Of a stretch of DNA of 64,000 bases, positions 23,167-35,640 are shown in pieces; the stretch's first letter is position 1; each line of letters opens with the position of its first letter. The position numbers and the translations under genes were made by a program. The notes under the pieces were generated by a model. The model did no database searches and had not been told where the DNA came from. It saw nothing but the letters and a program-made list of their open reading frames with translations. The stretch comes from Mustelus asterias (Eukaryota): the NCBI RefSeq assembly GCF_964213995.1, contig NW_027590501.1, positions 62,001-126,000 on the forward strand, given 5' to 3'.

Positions 23167-23619
23167 GGTGCGGGTGTCCTTGTGACTCTCCAGGTTAAAC
23201 AATCAGTTAAATCTCACACAGAACACGGGTACAGTCTCTCCCCGCTGTGAATGCTGCGATGCATTTTCAGGCTGTGTAACTGGCTCTTTCCACACTCAGT
23301 GCACTGGAACACTCTCAGTCGGGTGTGTGTGTCTCAATGCATTTCTAGTCACAGCGATGTTTACAATCTTTTGAACCCAATAGGCCAAACAAACATTTCT
23401 CCTGCTAGATTCAAAGGTCGATGATATTTAGGTCCCAAGAAATCGAGTCACTCTGTCAGATCTCGATGTGATGTTGGAGATTTCTGTATGATTTCTCCTT
23501 GTCTAATATCCTGTAAGTCAATTTAGAAAAAAACATCGCAATTCAGAATACGATCGAAATTCAAATCTACATTTCTAGTTTATGGAGCATTCATTAAAAA
23601 CACAGTCATGGAGCATTAA

Positions 23620-24330
23620 ACTTGCCGAGGCCTGTTCCCGGGAGGGAGGGAGAAGCCCCGCAGCTGCAAACCAGGGAGCTGTCAATGATTCTGAAGGGTT
23701 TGCGGATCCACAAAGTGTTTCCAAATCCTCCCAGCCACCGCCTAACGCTGACTCCGCTTCTCCGGGACAAACAAGCGCCAAGGACAGCAATGACACTGCG
23801 CATGCTCCACATCACAATGCCCGGGGTGTGATTGACGGCAGCTCCGGACCAATAGGAAGGGGCGGGGCTGGAGGACCGAGCAGGAGCGGCTGGTCCTCTA
23901 ACCAATCGGAGTGAATGAGGGGCGGGGCTGAGGCGTCCCCATACAACGCACGGGAAGGAGTTCGCATGCGCAGTAATGTTACAGTCTGGAGCATGCGCAG
24001 TAAGCAACGGCGTTTGCAGTACGCACAGTGTGGGTGATAGCAATCGGAGCGAAGTTCCTCTGTCTCATCAGCAGCCGGTAAGGATGCGGAAACATAGAGG
24101 GAGTAATGGAACCGGCGGATGGACGTAGAGGGTTTCCAAATACCTGGTCAAGGCCTCAAATCTCGAAAATGAGCCCGTCAGTCTGTGTTTGCAGCTTCCG
24201 GTCTTTTTCCCGAGACGAGGCTCAGGTTAACGGCCGCCATCTTGATTCAGCAGGGAGGAGAGCGCATGCGCGGTGTCTTGATGATGCACCAGCGAGTGGG
24301 CGGGGCTTCATGTTTCTGCTTCCCCTCCAG
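23620..24330. promoter_or_regulatory. Bidirectional CpG-island promoter between Z4 (-) and Z5 (+)
   Basis: 23630-23930 is a near-identical reverse complement of 6770-7080. Several gcgcatgc/gcatgcgca sites. Donor-like ctcag|gttaac and YY1-like gccgccatctt at about 24225-24243. Confidence 0.75.
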
Positions 24331-24543
24331 GTCCTAGCTCCGGGTCCATTAGCACAAAGTGCAATAGGTTTCTCAACAGCTTCACCCACCCTCAGGCTGC
24401 AGCTGCTGTTTGCAGCCTAGATGAGTCCATGGGCCATGTCCATATTCAGTGTGAGAGTTGAAAACCCTGTATAGTTACCTAAAGCGGTTACACAGCTTTT
24501 GGTTACACTTCAGCCCCAGGCTCCTCATGTTTATATAGAAACA

Positions 24544-24664
24544 TGATGTGGAGATGCCGGCGTTGGACTGGGGTGAACACAGTAAGAAGTCTCACAACAC
24601 CAGGTTAAAGTCCAACAGGTTTATTTTGTATTTGCTACCAAGTAAACCTGGTGAGACTTCTTAC
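24544..24664. mobile_element. Internally deleted palindromic Penelope-terminus element
   Basis: Same start (tgatgtggagatgccgg) and end (gagacttcttac) as 52839-53040. atagaaa flanks both sides. Confidence 0.7.
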
Positions 24665-24944
24665 ATAGAAAATAGAAGCTGGGAGTCGGCCGTTCGGCCC
24701 TTCGAGTGTGCGCCGCCATTCATTATTGTCATGGCTGATTATCAAATTCAATACCCTGATCCCTGTCGCCCCAAGAGATTTATCTCATTGAAATCAGACT
24801 CTACTTCCACTTTTGAAGAACGTGAATCCAAAGATTCATGACCCTCTGAGAGAAAAACATCTCATCTCTGTTTTCAATGGGCAATGCTGTTTTTTAAAAC
24901 AGCGACTCCCTAGATTCTCCCCTGAGAGTAAACATCCTCTCCAG

Positions 24945-25355
24945 ATCCAAAACAGAAAATGCTGGAAAATCTCAGCAGGTCAGGCAGCACCTTTTCTCCC
25001 CCTTTGCTTCGCCTTTCCCCTTTTTTCTCCCTCCAATCCACCCTCCCCTCCCCCACATCTTCATCCATCACAACTTCTTCAGCTTCTCTGCTGTTTGGCC
25101 ATTCACACTTTCTATTCTCTCTATAGACTGCCATTAGCATCCTTTCCCCTGGTTCCTGTGGCTTGGACCCATCTTTCATCCCCTCACAGTGTAAACATCT
25201 CCCACTTTCTATACCTTTTTTATGCTTTGACAAAAGGTCATCTGGACTCGAAGCTTCAGCTCTTTTCTCTCCTCACAGATGCTGCCAGATCTGCTGAGAT
25301 TTTCCAGCATTTTCTCTTTTGGTTTCAGATTCCAGCATCCGCAGTAATTTGCTTT
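24945..25355. mobile_element. Penelope-like terminal fragment with inverted ends
   Basis: aaaatgctggaaaatctcagcaggtc at the left; its reverse complement (gatctgctgagattttccagcatttt) at the right. Confidence 0.6.
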
Positions 25356-26149
25356 AACCCTTCTCTCCATATCCACCCTGTCAAGAGTTTTCAGAATCTT
25401 GAAGGTTTAAATTAAGTTGCCTCTTACTCTTTTGAAGTCGAGCAGAAGCTAAACTCAAGCAGAGACTGTCTCACTGCTCCTCATCAGACAATCCACCCAT
25501 TTCCAGGTATTAGTCTACTAAACCTTCTATGAACTGCTTCTCGTAAAGCAGTTAAGGAATAATATGCACTCATATTTTTCCTGAAATAAGGAAACCAATA
25601 ATGTACACACTGCTCCAGATATGTCTAACCAATGCCCTGTGCAACTGAAACATAACTTCCCTGCTTTTACTCAATTCCCCTCATAATAAATAATAGCTTT
25701 CTGAATTACTTGTACCTGAGATAATATTGCGATTTTCTATCGTGATGGATTTTGGATACTTTTTCTTAAACAGGGGGTTAGAAAGGGAAGATTTACACAC
25801 AAGCTCAAACCAAGAGTTGTCTCTTCTGATATGGGCTTTCTGAATGGGATAAGTAGGTAGATGTGAATGGAATGTTTCCACTTGTTGGTGTTTCTAATAC
25901 TGGGAACCATGAACAGACAACAGAGACGAATAAATCAAACAGGAGGAGTTATTTATTTCTTGTTAGAATATGGAACTCACCGCGACTGGAAGTGGTTGAG
26001 ACAAATACTTTAGATGCTTTAAAAAGGAAACCAGATGAGAACATGAGAGAAAAGGGATTAAAAAGTTGAGCTGAAAAGCTGAGTTGAGGTGAGCAGAATG
26101 AGAGGAGATTTGTGTGGATTAGAAATTCCAGTACAGATCAGGGGTGGGG

Positions 26150-26505
26150 TGGCGGCGGAGGCAGTGGTACAGTGGAACTATCACTGGACTAGCAACCCAG
26201 AGACCCAGGATAATGTTCTGGGGACCTAGGTTCGAATCCCAGCACAGCAGATGGTGAAATTTAAATTCAATTAAAAGTCTGATGATGACCATGAAACCAT
26301 TGTTGATTTTCGTAAAAACCCATCTGGTTCACTGATGTCCTTTAAGGATGGAAATCTGCCGTCCTTAACTGGTCTGGCCTACATGTAACCCACAGCAATG
26401 TGGTTGACTTTCAAATGCCCTGTGAAATGGAGGGCAGTTGGGGATGGGCAATAAATGCTGTCCCAGTCAGTGACGCCCACACCCCGTTAAAAATGAATTT
26501 AAAAA
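26150..26505 (+). mobile_element. tRNA-derived SINE (family 2)
   Basis: A-box-like ggtacagtgg, B-box ggttcgaatccc, tail gggcaataaatgctg. Confidence 0.8.
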
Positions 26506-26544
26506 TTAGACTGGCCTGTTTGTGTTTTGTGTATCTCATGTATT

Positions 26545-26833
26545 CATAGAATCTCTACAGTGCAGAACGAGGCCTTTCAGACCATCCCACCCAGGCTATT
26601 CCCGTAACCCCACATATTTACCCCGCTAATCTCCCTAACCTACATATCTGGGACAGAAAGGGGCAACCACCTAACCTGAACATCTTTGGAGAGTGGGAGG
26701 GAACCGGAGCACCCGGAGGAAACCCACACAGACACGAGGAGAATGTGCAAACTCCATACAGACAGGTAACCAAGGCCACAATCGAACCCAGGTCCCTGGT
26801 GCTGTGAGGCAGGAGTACGAACCACTGTGCCAT
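26545..26833 (-). mobile_element. HE1/V-SINE-like SINE
   Basis: accggagcacccggaggaaaccca core. Confidence 0.85.
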
Positions 26834-27047
26834 CCATGTAATTCTTTGTAAACTGATTTTGCAGGAAATTGAAGGGAAGGATTTGCAGTCTGGATGATCG
26901 AATCTCACGTCTGACAGAGTCAATCGGTTCATCGGGATCTGAAAATTTGTGCATCTGAAGGGATTTAATTGACCATCTCAGCAGGAAGCTGGTGAGAATC
27001 CGTTCATCTGCTCCTCCTGTGGGGAGGGATTGATACAGCTGGAAAAC

Positions 27048-28589
27048 ATGCTGACACGACAGCGAGCTCACAACAGTGAGAGTTCATTCACCTGCTCCGT
27101 GTGTGGGAAGAAATTCATGTGTTCGTCCAACCTGCTGGCTCACCAACTCGATCACATTGATGAGAAGCCTCTTCAAAGCTCTGATTCTGGGGACAGTGTC
27201 GAGACCTCTGAGGAACAGGCCCAACACCAGCGAGTTCACACTGACAAGAGACCGTTCAGCTGCTCCCACTGCGGGAAGAGGTTCAGCCAGTCCTCCCGCC
27301 TTGCAGAGCACCAGCTCCTTCACACACACGAGAGACCGTTCAGCTGCTCTCACTGTGGGGAGTCGTTCAGCGACTCAGTGCATCTCACTGAGCATCAACA
27401 AGTTCACACCAAGGACAGGCCATTCAGCTGCTCCCAGTGTGGGAAGAGATTCACTCAGTCCTCCCACTGCACCGTTCACCAACTGGTTCATTCTCAGAAG
27501 AGACATTTTAAATGCTTTAAATGTGAGAAGACCTTCAAAAGAAGGATTAGTCTGCTGAGACACCAGGGCACTCACACCGGGGAGAGGCCGTACCCCTGTT
27601 CTGTTTGTGGGAAGAGATTCGCTCATTCATCTCATCTTCTGACACACAAGCGAGTTCACACTGGGGAGAGGCCTTTCCTCTGCTCCCTGTGTGGGAAGAG
27701 ATTCACTCGATTTTCACGCCTTTTGACACACAAGAGTATTCACACTGGAGGGAAACCATTCACCTCCTCAATGTGTAGAAAGGAAGAAGTTCAATCAACT
27801 GACCAGCTGACACACCAGCAAGTTCACACTGGGGAGAAGCTGTTCACCTGCTCGGTGTGTGGGAAGGAATTCACTCGGTCTCACTATCTTCTGAGGCACC
27901 GGCGAGTTCACACTGGGGAGAGGCCATTCCTCTGCTCCGTGTGTGGGAAGATGTTTCCTTGTTCATCCCAGCTTGTGATGCACGAGCGTGTTCACACAGG
28001 GGAGAGGCCTTACGCTTGCCCTGTGTGCGGGAAAGCATTTGCTTCTTCACAACACCTGCTGAAACATCGGCCTGTTCACACCGGGGAGAGGGCGTTCATC
28101 TGCTCCGAGTGTGGGAAGGCTTTCACCGAGTCATCCAGCCTCCGGACACACCGCCGCACTCACACCGGGGAGAAGCCATTCTCTTGCTCCATTTGTGGCA
28201 AGAGATTCACTCAGTCGTCTGGCCTGCTGAGACACCAATACATTCACACAGGGGACAGGCCGTTCACCTGCTCTGTGTGTGGGAAGGGATTCACTGATCC
28301 ATCCCGCCTGCAGACACACCAGCGAGTTCACACCGGGGAGAAGCCGTTCACCTGCTCTGTGTGTGGGAAGGGATACACTCAGGTATCCAGCCTGCAGAGA
28401 CACCAGCGAGTTCACACTGCGACAGAACCGTTCACCTGCTCCCTGTGTGGGAAGGGATTCACTGATCCATCCCGCCTGCAGAGACACCAGCGAGTTCACA
28501 CTGGGGCAAAACCTTTCAACTGCTCCATGTGTGGGAAGGGATTTAATCAGTATTACAGCCTGCTGAAACATAGACGACTTCATGTGTGA
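27048..28589 (+). CDS. Z5: divergent C2H2 zinc-finger protein, 16 intact plus 2 degenerate fingers
   Basis: 519-aa ORF; first ATG at 27048; candidate acceptor ttttgcag|g at about 26864. Start uncertain. Confidence 0.88.
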   Translation: MLTRQRAHNSESSFTCSVCGKKFMCSSNLLAHQLDHIDEKPLQSSDSGDSVETSEEQAQHQRVHTDKRPFSCSHCGKRFSQSSRLAEHQLLHTHERPFSCSHCGESFSDSVHLTEHQQVHTKDRPFSCSQCGKRFTQSSHCTVHQLVHSQKRHFKCFKCEKTFKRRISLLRHQGTHTGERPYPCSVCGKRFAHSSHLLTHKRVHTGERPFLCSLCGKRFTRFSRLLTHKSIHTGGKPFTSSMCRKEEVQSTDQLTHQQVHTGEKLFTCSVCGKEFTRSHYLLRHRRVHTGERPFLCSVCGKMFPCSSQLVMHERVHTGERPYACPVCGKAFASSQHLLKHRPVHTGERAFICSECGKAFTESSSLRTHRRTHTGEKPFSCSICGKRFTQSSGLLRHQYIHTGDRPFTCSVCGKGFTDPSRLQTHQRVHTGEKPFTCSVCGKGYTQVSSLQRHQRVHTATEPFTCSLCGKGFTDPSRLQRHQRVHTGAKPFNCSMCGKGFNQYYSLLKHRRLHV

Positions 28590-28651
28590 CCGGCAAAGTT
28601 GGATTCTGTTGTTTCTGCGCCCTGAGATAAACAATAACAATTGGATGAATA

Positions 28652-29007
28652 GGGGAGGCAGTGGCACAGTGGAATTATCACTGGGCTCAGGGTAAGGCTC
28701 TGGGGACCCAGGTTCGAATCCCACCACAGGCAATGGTGAAATTTGAATTCAATTAAAATCTCGAATTAAAAGTCTAATGACAAACCTTAACCATTGTTGA
28801 TCGTCATCAAAACCACTCTGGTTCAGTCATGTCCTTTAGGAAAGGAAACCTGCCATCCTTACCTGGTCTGGCCTACATGTGACTCCAGACCCACAGCAAT
28901 GTGGTTGACTCTCAAATGCCTTCTGAAATGGAGGGCAGTTAGAGATGGGCAAGAAATGCTGGCCCAGCCAGTGACGCCTATATCCAGTAAAAATGAATTT
29001 AAAAAAG
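28652..29007 (+). mobile_element. tRNA-derived SINE (family 2)
   Basis: Homologous to 26150-26505. Confidence 0.8.
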
Positions 29008-30013
29008 TTCCTCAGTATCTCGGTAACCTCCTCCAGCCCCACAACACTCTGTGTAAATACAAGTTGTTGATGATTATGCCCTGAGATAGAAAATGTGAAC
29101 CCGATTCCCCTCGTCCGCCAACACAGCAACTTCTTCACAAAAATTGAAGCACATGGGATTGGGGCGAATGTATTGAGATTGAAAACTTGTTGGCAGACAG
29201 TAAATAGAGTAAGACTAAACAGGTCTTTTTCCAACTGGCAGGCAGTGATTATTGGGGTAATGCAGGATCAGTGCTGAGACCCCAGCTAGTCACCTGCCTG
29301 GGTCTTCTGTTTTTTTCCCCCTGTTTATTATGCATAATTTTTAAATTGTTGCTTCTTAATATTCTGATTTAAAACCATGGATAAACTCAAACCACTTTTG
29401 GATAACCTGTGACTCCCTGATCAAGAATCTTACCGACCACTGCATGCCATTCTGGTCACCGTATTATAAAAAAGATATCTCGGCACTGGAGAAGGGTACA
29501 GAGATGATTTTTAATGATGATATCAGAAATGTAGAAAACAGCTCACCATCACCTTCTCAAGGTCAATCAGAGGTGAGCAATAAATGCTGGCCAAGCTCGC
29601 GATGTCCACATCCCATAAATGATTTTTAAACTGTGTGTTTGGTTATCCATCAGGAAAGGATTGACACGCTCACGCTTTCTTGAAAAATTAAGGCTGAGGA
29701 GTAACCTAATAGAGGGCTTCAAAATTATAAAAGGTTTTGAAATAATGTTTCTTCTTTTGGAGAAAGGCAAAACTGGAGACCATCAATACAAGACAGTCGC
29801 CAAGAAACCCAATAGGAAATCCAAGATAAATTTCTCCACCCAAAGAGTGGTGAGAATATGGAAATCATGACCACAGGGAGTGAAATGAACAGTATCGATG
29901 TCTTTCAGGGGAAGCTCAACAAGTATTTGTGTGTGATTTTATAACTCATTCAGGATTTATTTCAAAAAATCTAAGAACAATAAAGTAACAGGAGATATTT
30001 TGAGGCATCTGAG

Positions 30014-30080
30014 AGTGTGTGTGTGTGTGTGAGGGTGTCTGTGAGTGTGTGTGTGTAAGGGTGTCTCTGAGTGTGTGTGT
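30014..30080. repeat. (GT)n imperfect microsatellite
   Basis: gtgtgt runs. Confidence 0.85.
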
Positions 30081-30554
30081 TACTTCTCATTGGTTTCACA
30101 CCAACCTTCCTCTTTCTGAGCAGACATTCTGGCCCCTGATAAACCCATTGAGTAATTTGAATGGTACAATTCAGAGATTCTTCATCCAGGGTGAAACCAC
30201 AGGCTGTCTGTGTGCTGTGTAAAACCAGACATCTACACAACCTAATCCCACTTCTGGAACAACGTGAAGTGACTACAATTTTCCAGATTGATTTCTTTGC
30301 TCTCAATATTCTTTCAGATAGTTCATAAATTCCATGAGTACGTTATCCTTTAACACACCTGTGTGACCAGTTTAAATACTACCCTCACTCTGACCAACAT
30401 ATAGCAATGGGATTGTTGCTATTACAGGAATCCATTCTGTAAATCTGATTCCAAGGCTCTCTGGAGTAATGCATTGATCCAGACCTTCCCACTCAACACC
30501 AATTCATATCCCCATCTGAGTTCCAGATTTTAACATGATTTTTCAAAACACAGG

Positions 30555-31092
30555 CAGCAGGGTGGCACAGTGATCAGCAGCGCCAGGGATCTGAGTTCAA
30601 TTCTGGGCTCAGGTATTACAAGTAAGCTTACATTAACACTGCAATGAAGTTACTATGAAAATCCCCTAGTCGCCACACTCGGCGCCTGTTTGGGTACACT
30701 GAAGGAGAATTTAGCACAGCCAATGCACCTAACCAGCATGTCTTTCAGACTGTGGGAGGAAACCTGAGCACCCGGAGGAAACCCATGCAGATACGGAGAG
30801 AACATGCGAACTTCACACAGACAGTCACCCAAGACCGGAATTGAACCGGATCCCTGGCACTCTGAGGTAGCAGTGCTAACCACTGTGCCACAGCTCTCTG
30901 TGTGGAGTTTGCACGTTCTCCCTGTGTCTGCATAGGTTTGCTCAGAGTGCTCCAGTTTCCTCCCACACTCCCAAGATGTGCAGGTTAGGTGGATTGGCCA
31001 TGGCAAATTGCCTCTTAGTGTATGGGTTAGGGGTAAGCCGAGGAAGAGTCGGTGAGACTCGATGGGCTGACTGGCCTCTTTCTCCACTGTAG
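30555..31092. mobile_element. Nested SINEs: + V-SINE-like copy split by a - copy (30615-30892) of a family with a different tail
   Basis: 5' tRNA-like head at 30555-30612 and the remainder at 30893-31092. The insert matches 31832-32087 in reverse. Confidence 0.75.
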
Positions 31093-31211
31093 TGATTCAA
31101 GAAGAAACATTATTTAAGATCTTCGAACCTGATTCAGCATACCTCTCCCTCACAGCACATGAATTTTTCTCTCAGATCAGTTGTTCCTTTATAGTCTGTG
31201 TTGTTCTGAAT

Positions 31212-31550
31212 GGGTGGCACGGTAGCACAGTGGTTAGCACTGCTGCTTCACAGCTCCAGGGTCCCGGGTTCGATTCTCGGCTCGGGTCACTGTCTGTGTG
31301 GAGTTTGCACATTCTCCTCGTGTCTGCGTGGGTTTACTCCGGGTGCTCCGGTTTCCTCCCACAGTCCAAAGATGTGCGGGTTAGGTTGATTGGCCAGGTT
31401 AAAAATTGCCCCTTAGAGTCCTGGGATGCGTAGGTTAGAGGGATTAGCGGGTAAATATGTGGGGGTAGGGCCTGGGTGGGATTGTGGTCGGTGCAGACTC
31501 GATGGGCCGAATGGCCTCCTTCTGCACTGTAGGGTTTCTATGATTCTATG
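31212..31550 (+). mobile_element. HE1/V-SINE-like SINE, full length
   Basis: Near-identical to 17531-17873. Confidence 0.92.
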
Positions 31551-31831
31551 AATGATGACAGTATTAACCTTATCCAAACCTGCCCTAACCCTCTTGTCAG
31601 TTCATTTACTGAAACAAGGGTCTGTTGTTTTAATGGTGACAATCCCCGTCTGCTCAGTTATTCCTTTAACTCAGCCCTACAATTGTTGTGAATTGCTCTC
31701 TCATGCTCCCACATTTCAGTGACAAATGTTGATCTGTTTGCTCCGAACCCACTGGGCTCCATCTGTTTAAAGCCACAAACAGAAAGGTCCAGTTTTCTCC
31801 TGGAGTTTGACACAGAGCAACTTTTAAAATG

Positions 31832-32087
31832 AAGGCAGCACTGCTGCCTCACAGCGCCAAAGACCCGGGTTCGATTCCCGGCTTGGGTCACTGTCTGTGT
31901 GGAGTTTGCACATTCTCCCTGTGTCTGCGTGAGTTTCCTCCGGTTTCCTCCCACAGTCTGAAAGACGTGCTGGTTAGGTGCATTGACCCGAACAGGCGCC
32001 GGAGTGTGGCGACTAGGGAAATTTTACAGTAACTTCATTGCGGTGTTAATGTAAGCCTACTTGTGACTGATAAATAAACTTTACTTT
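31832..32087 (+). mobile_element. V-SINE-like SINE with alternative tail (gtggcgactaggg...aataaactt)
   Basis: Same core as the HE1-like copies with a different 3' half; matches 30615-30892 rc. Confidence 0.75.
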
Positions 32088-32099
32088 GATGCAGAGTTT

Positions 32100-32400
32100 C
32101 AGCCAATGAGGGAGCTCCAGGCTCTCCCCGCCATTCACTCCCATTGGTTGGAGGAACAGCCACTCCCGCTCGGTCCTCCAGCCCCGCTCCTCATTCACTC
32201 CGAGTGGTTGGAGGACCAGCCACTCCCGCTCGGTCCTCCAGCCCCGCCCCATCTTCCTATTGGTCCGGAGCTGCCGTCAATCAATCCCCGGGCATTGTGA
32301 ACGGGAGCATGCGCAGTGCCGATACTGGAGCGATGTTGTTGGAGGGAAATTGACAGCGATTCAGATTCAGAAACTGGAGGTGAGCGGGAGGAATGGGGCC
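32100..32400 (+). promoter_or_regulatory. ZNF promoter cassette with tandem duplication of the palindrome unit
   Basis: Two copies of cattcactcc...ttggagga.cagccactcccgctcggtcctccagccccgc, then ctattggtccggagctgccgtcaatc and gcatgcgca. Donor-like gag|gtgagc at about 32380. Confidence 0.65.
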
Positions 32401-32494
32401 GGTATTTGGGTTTGAGAGTCTAAATAAACACCCTGTGTAGGCTGGGAATCCAGAACTGGCAGCTACAGATCCCCTGTTCGCATTGTTCAACCGC

Positions 32495-32860
32495 AGTTGC
32501 ATTTCTACAGCAACTTTCAGGACCACAGGATCTCCGAAAGCATTTTACAGCCAATGAAGTAGATTTGAAGTGTAATCTAATGGATCATTATATTGTAATG
32601 GTTGGATCAGATAACATCTTACATTTACAGACTTGCATTTACATAGCATCTTACACATCCACAGTAAGTCCCAGAACATTTTACAGCCATTCTGAAGTGT
32701 AGTCACTGTTGTAATTTAGGAAATGTGGCAGCCAATTTACACACAGCAAGAGCCCACAAACAATGTCCGTTGATGTGTTTTTAGTGATGTTGATTGATAG
32801 ATATCGGCCTGGACTCGGGATAATTCCCCTGCTCTTCCTCAAAATAGTGGGCATGGGATA
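32495..32860 (-). mobile_element. Deu-domain SINE (SacSINE1/AmnSINE-like) fragments
   Basis: ttacagcca.tgaagt...gtagtcactgttgtaat.taggaaatgtggcagccaattt.cacagcaag, recalled as the Deu core. Confidence 0.55.
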
Positions 32861-32861
32861 C

Positions 32862-33870
32862 TCAGTAATTTGATAAAGTGGATTCAACATTGGCTCAGTT
32901 GTAGGAGACAGAGGGTGATGACAGAAGGCTGCTTTAGTAACTGGAGGCCAGGGTCCAGTGGCGAGCCACTATTATCATTTATATAAATGACATAGATGAC
33001 TATGTGGGGGATAGGATTGGTAGGTTTGAGGATGATACAAAGATTGGCCAGGTGAGCTGCCCAAGACCGCAAGGAACTACAAAAGGTTGTGAATGGAGCC
33101 CAATACATCACGCAAACCAGCCTCCCATCCATTGACTCTGCTACACTTTCCGCTGCCTCAGCAAAGCAGCCAGCATAATTAAGGACCCCACGCACCCTGG
33201 ACATTCTCTCTTCCACCTTCTTCGTTTGGGAAAAAGATACAAAAGACTGAGGTCACGTACCAACTGACTCAAGAACAGCTTCTTCCCTGCTACTGTCTGA
33301 CTTTTGAATGGACTTACCTTGCATTAAGTTGATCTTTCTCTACACCCCAGCTATGACTGTAACACTACATTCTGCACTCTCTCATTTCCTTCTCTATGAA
33401 TGGTATGTTTTGTCTTATAGCGTGCAAGAAACATGTGACAATAACATCAAATCAAATCAAAATCAGTGAGGGTGAGTGTCTTGGGCTACAGGAAGATATA
33501 GACAGAATGGTCAAATGGGCAGATAAGTGGTAGGCTGAGTGTGAGGCGACACACTTTTTGGAAGGAGTAATTTGACAAGGAAAAATTCAGTGAACGGCAT
33601 GACACTAGTAAGCTCTGTGGAACAAAGAGACCTGGGTGTGATTGTCTATAGATCTCTGAGGACAGAAGTGTATGTTAGTAGGCTGGTGAAAAAGGCATGT
33701 AGGACACTCGCCTTTATCAATTGAGGTATAGATTACAAAAGCAAGGAAGTCATGTTGGAGTTGCATAGAACTGTGGTGAGGTCACTGCTAGAATACTGTG
33801 TCCAGTTCTGGTCGCCACATTATAAGAAGGATGTGATTGCATTGGAGGGGGTGCAGAGGAGATTCACCAG
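32862..33870 (+). mobile_element. Degraded CR1 fragment interrupted by a Rex/Babar-like insertion
   Basis: Motifs WIQHWL...RRQRV, FEDDTKIG, LEYCVQFWSPHYKKD. Confidence 0.8.
33055..33463 (+). mobile_element. Rex1/Babar-like LINE 3' end
   Basis: Translates LQKVV...IIKDPTHPGHSLF...KNSFFP. Ends in an (atcaa)n tail, after which the CR1 resumes. Confidence 0.7.
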
Positions 33871-34239
33871 TGAAGGTGAGTTACAGATGAGAGGGACAGT
33901 ATCAAAAGAGAGAACCATTGACAATATTAGATAATGTGGGGAAGTTGGGTTATCAGTGGTTTAGAGGGTAAAGGGAGATGAAGGGGGGTCTCATGGACAA
34001 GATGAGCAGTGAGAGGGTTTGATGGGAGATAGCAGAAGAATTGGAGAAAGATGTGAGTTCAGTACTTGGAAAAAGGGAAATTTCAGAGAGAGTTTTGTCT
34101 GGTGGTCCAGTGGAAGGGAGGGAAGCAGCTGATCAAATTGTCTCAATCTTAGAGAGAAAGAAGCTCCACGAGCCCCTCACACTTGTTGTTGAAGATGAGG
34201 ATGGAGGAGACAGGAGAGAGGCCCTTCAAAAGGAGAACT

Positions 34240-34485
34240 GGTCGGTCAAAGCCCCGCCCACCCCCACGTGGGCTTGGGTTCCGCCCCCTCGTTGTCTTCA
34301 TGCGGCAGATTGACCAATGGCAACGCGTGGAGGACCAGATGGGCGCTGGTCCTCCAGCCAATCAGAGTCCGGGCCCTGTGTCAATGGCTGCATGGAGCTT
34401 CCGTTGTTGCGGCTGCTCCTCTGAGTGAAGATTGAGCTTCAGACAGACTCAAACTTCCTCCTGTCTCCTACATCTGTGAGTAAAA
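34240..34485 (+). promoter_or_regulatory. Promoter and exon 1 of Z6
   Basis: GC box, E-box cacgtg, CCAAT boxes, palindrome tggaggaccag-atgggcg-ctggtcctcca, donor ct|gtgagt at about 34476. Confidence 0.65.
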
Positions 34486-34766
34486 CACTTTCTTTTCTGC
34501 CCCTTTCTATTCCTTTCCTCATTCTGGGGGATATTGGGGACTAGCAGCAACTGAAGAGTGGGTAGTGAATCCAGGGAGAGTGCAGACTCTGGAAAGGGTG
34601 GCCCAGGTCTCTCTCTCTCTCCCTCTTAAAGACATTGACATCTTTGCTCCCTCAGCTTGACTGATTTATTTGTCTGGCTAAAAAGATGGTCTCTTTCCTG
34701 ATGTTCACAATTGAAGGGCTAGTTTCCCCAGGAGATGTCTGACATATAATATTGTGCACATTAATC

Positions 34767-35077
34767 ATAGAATACTTACAGTGCAGAATGAGGCCTTTTG
34801 GCCCATTGCATCTGCACCGAACACAATCACACCCAGGTCCTATTCCCGTAACCCCTCATATTTACCCTGATAATCCCTCTGACATTGGAGTCAATTTGGC
34901 ATGGCCAATCAACCTAACAAGCACATCTTTGGACTGTCAGAGGAAACCGGCGCACCCGGAGGAAGCCCATGCAGACATGGGGAGAATGTGCAAACTCCAC
35001 ATAGACAGTGACCCAAGGCCGGAATTGAACCCGTTCCTGGTGCTGTGAGGCAGCAGTGCTAACCACTGTGCTGCCTT
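34767..35077 (-). mobile_element. HE1/V-SINE-like SINE
   Basis: gaatgtgcaaactccac...gcagtgctaaccactgtg. Confidence 0.85.
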
Positions 35078-35234
35078 AATAGAAACATAGAAAAACTACA
35101 GCACAATACAGGCCCTTCAGCCCACAAGGTTGTGCCGAACATGTCCCTACCTTAGCGATTACTAGGTTTACCTATAACCCTCGATCTTACTAAGTTCCAT
35201 GTTCTGATCTATGATCCAGATGTGTCAGACTTAT

Positions 35235-35640
35235 GATCAATAATTTCACAGATGTCACCAAAATTGATGGTGTGATAAATAGTGAGGAGCAAAGCCTCAG
35301 ATTACTGCAGGATGAGGATTGGCTGGTTAGATGGAGAGAGAAAAGGCAAATGGAATTTAACCCTGGAAAGTCTGAGGTAATTCATTTTGGAAGAACAGGA
35401 CAAGGGAACATATAATGAATGGTTGGACCCTAGGAAGTACAGAGGACCAGAAGACTCGAGTGGTGCATGTCCATTTTACCCTGAAGACAGCAGGACAGTG
35501 TGATGAAATGGTTAAGAAGGGATTTGGGATCCTTCCCTTTATTAGCCGAGGCATAGAATATAAGAACAAGGAGGTTACGATGGAGTTATGCAAAATGCAC
35601 ACAGCTAGAGTATTGTGTGCAAATCTGGTCACCACATGAG
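35235..35640 (+). mobile_element. CR1 internal fragment
   Basis: Translates FTDVTKIDGVINSEE...QMEFNPGKSEVIHFG. Confidence 0.75.
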
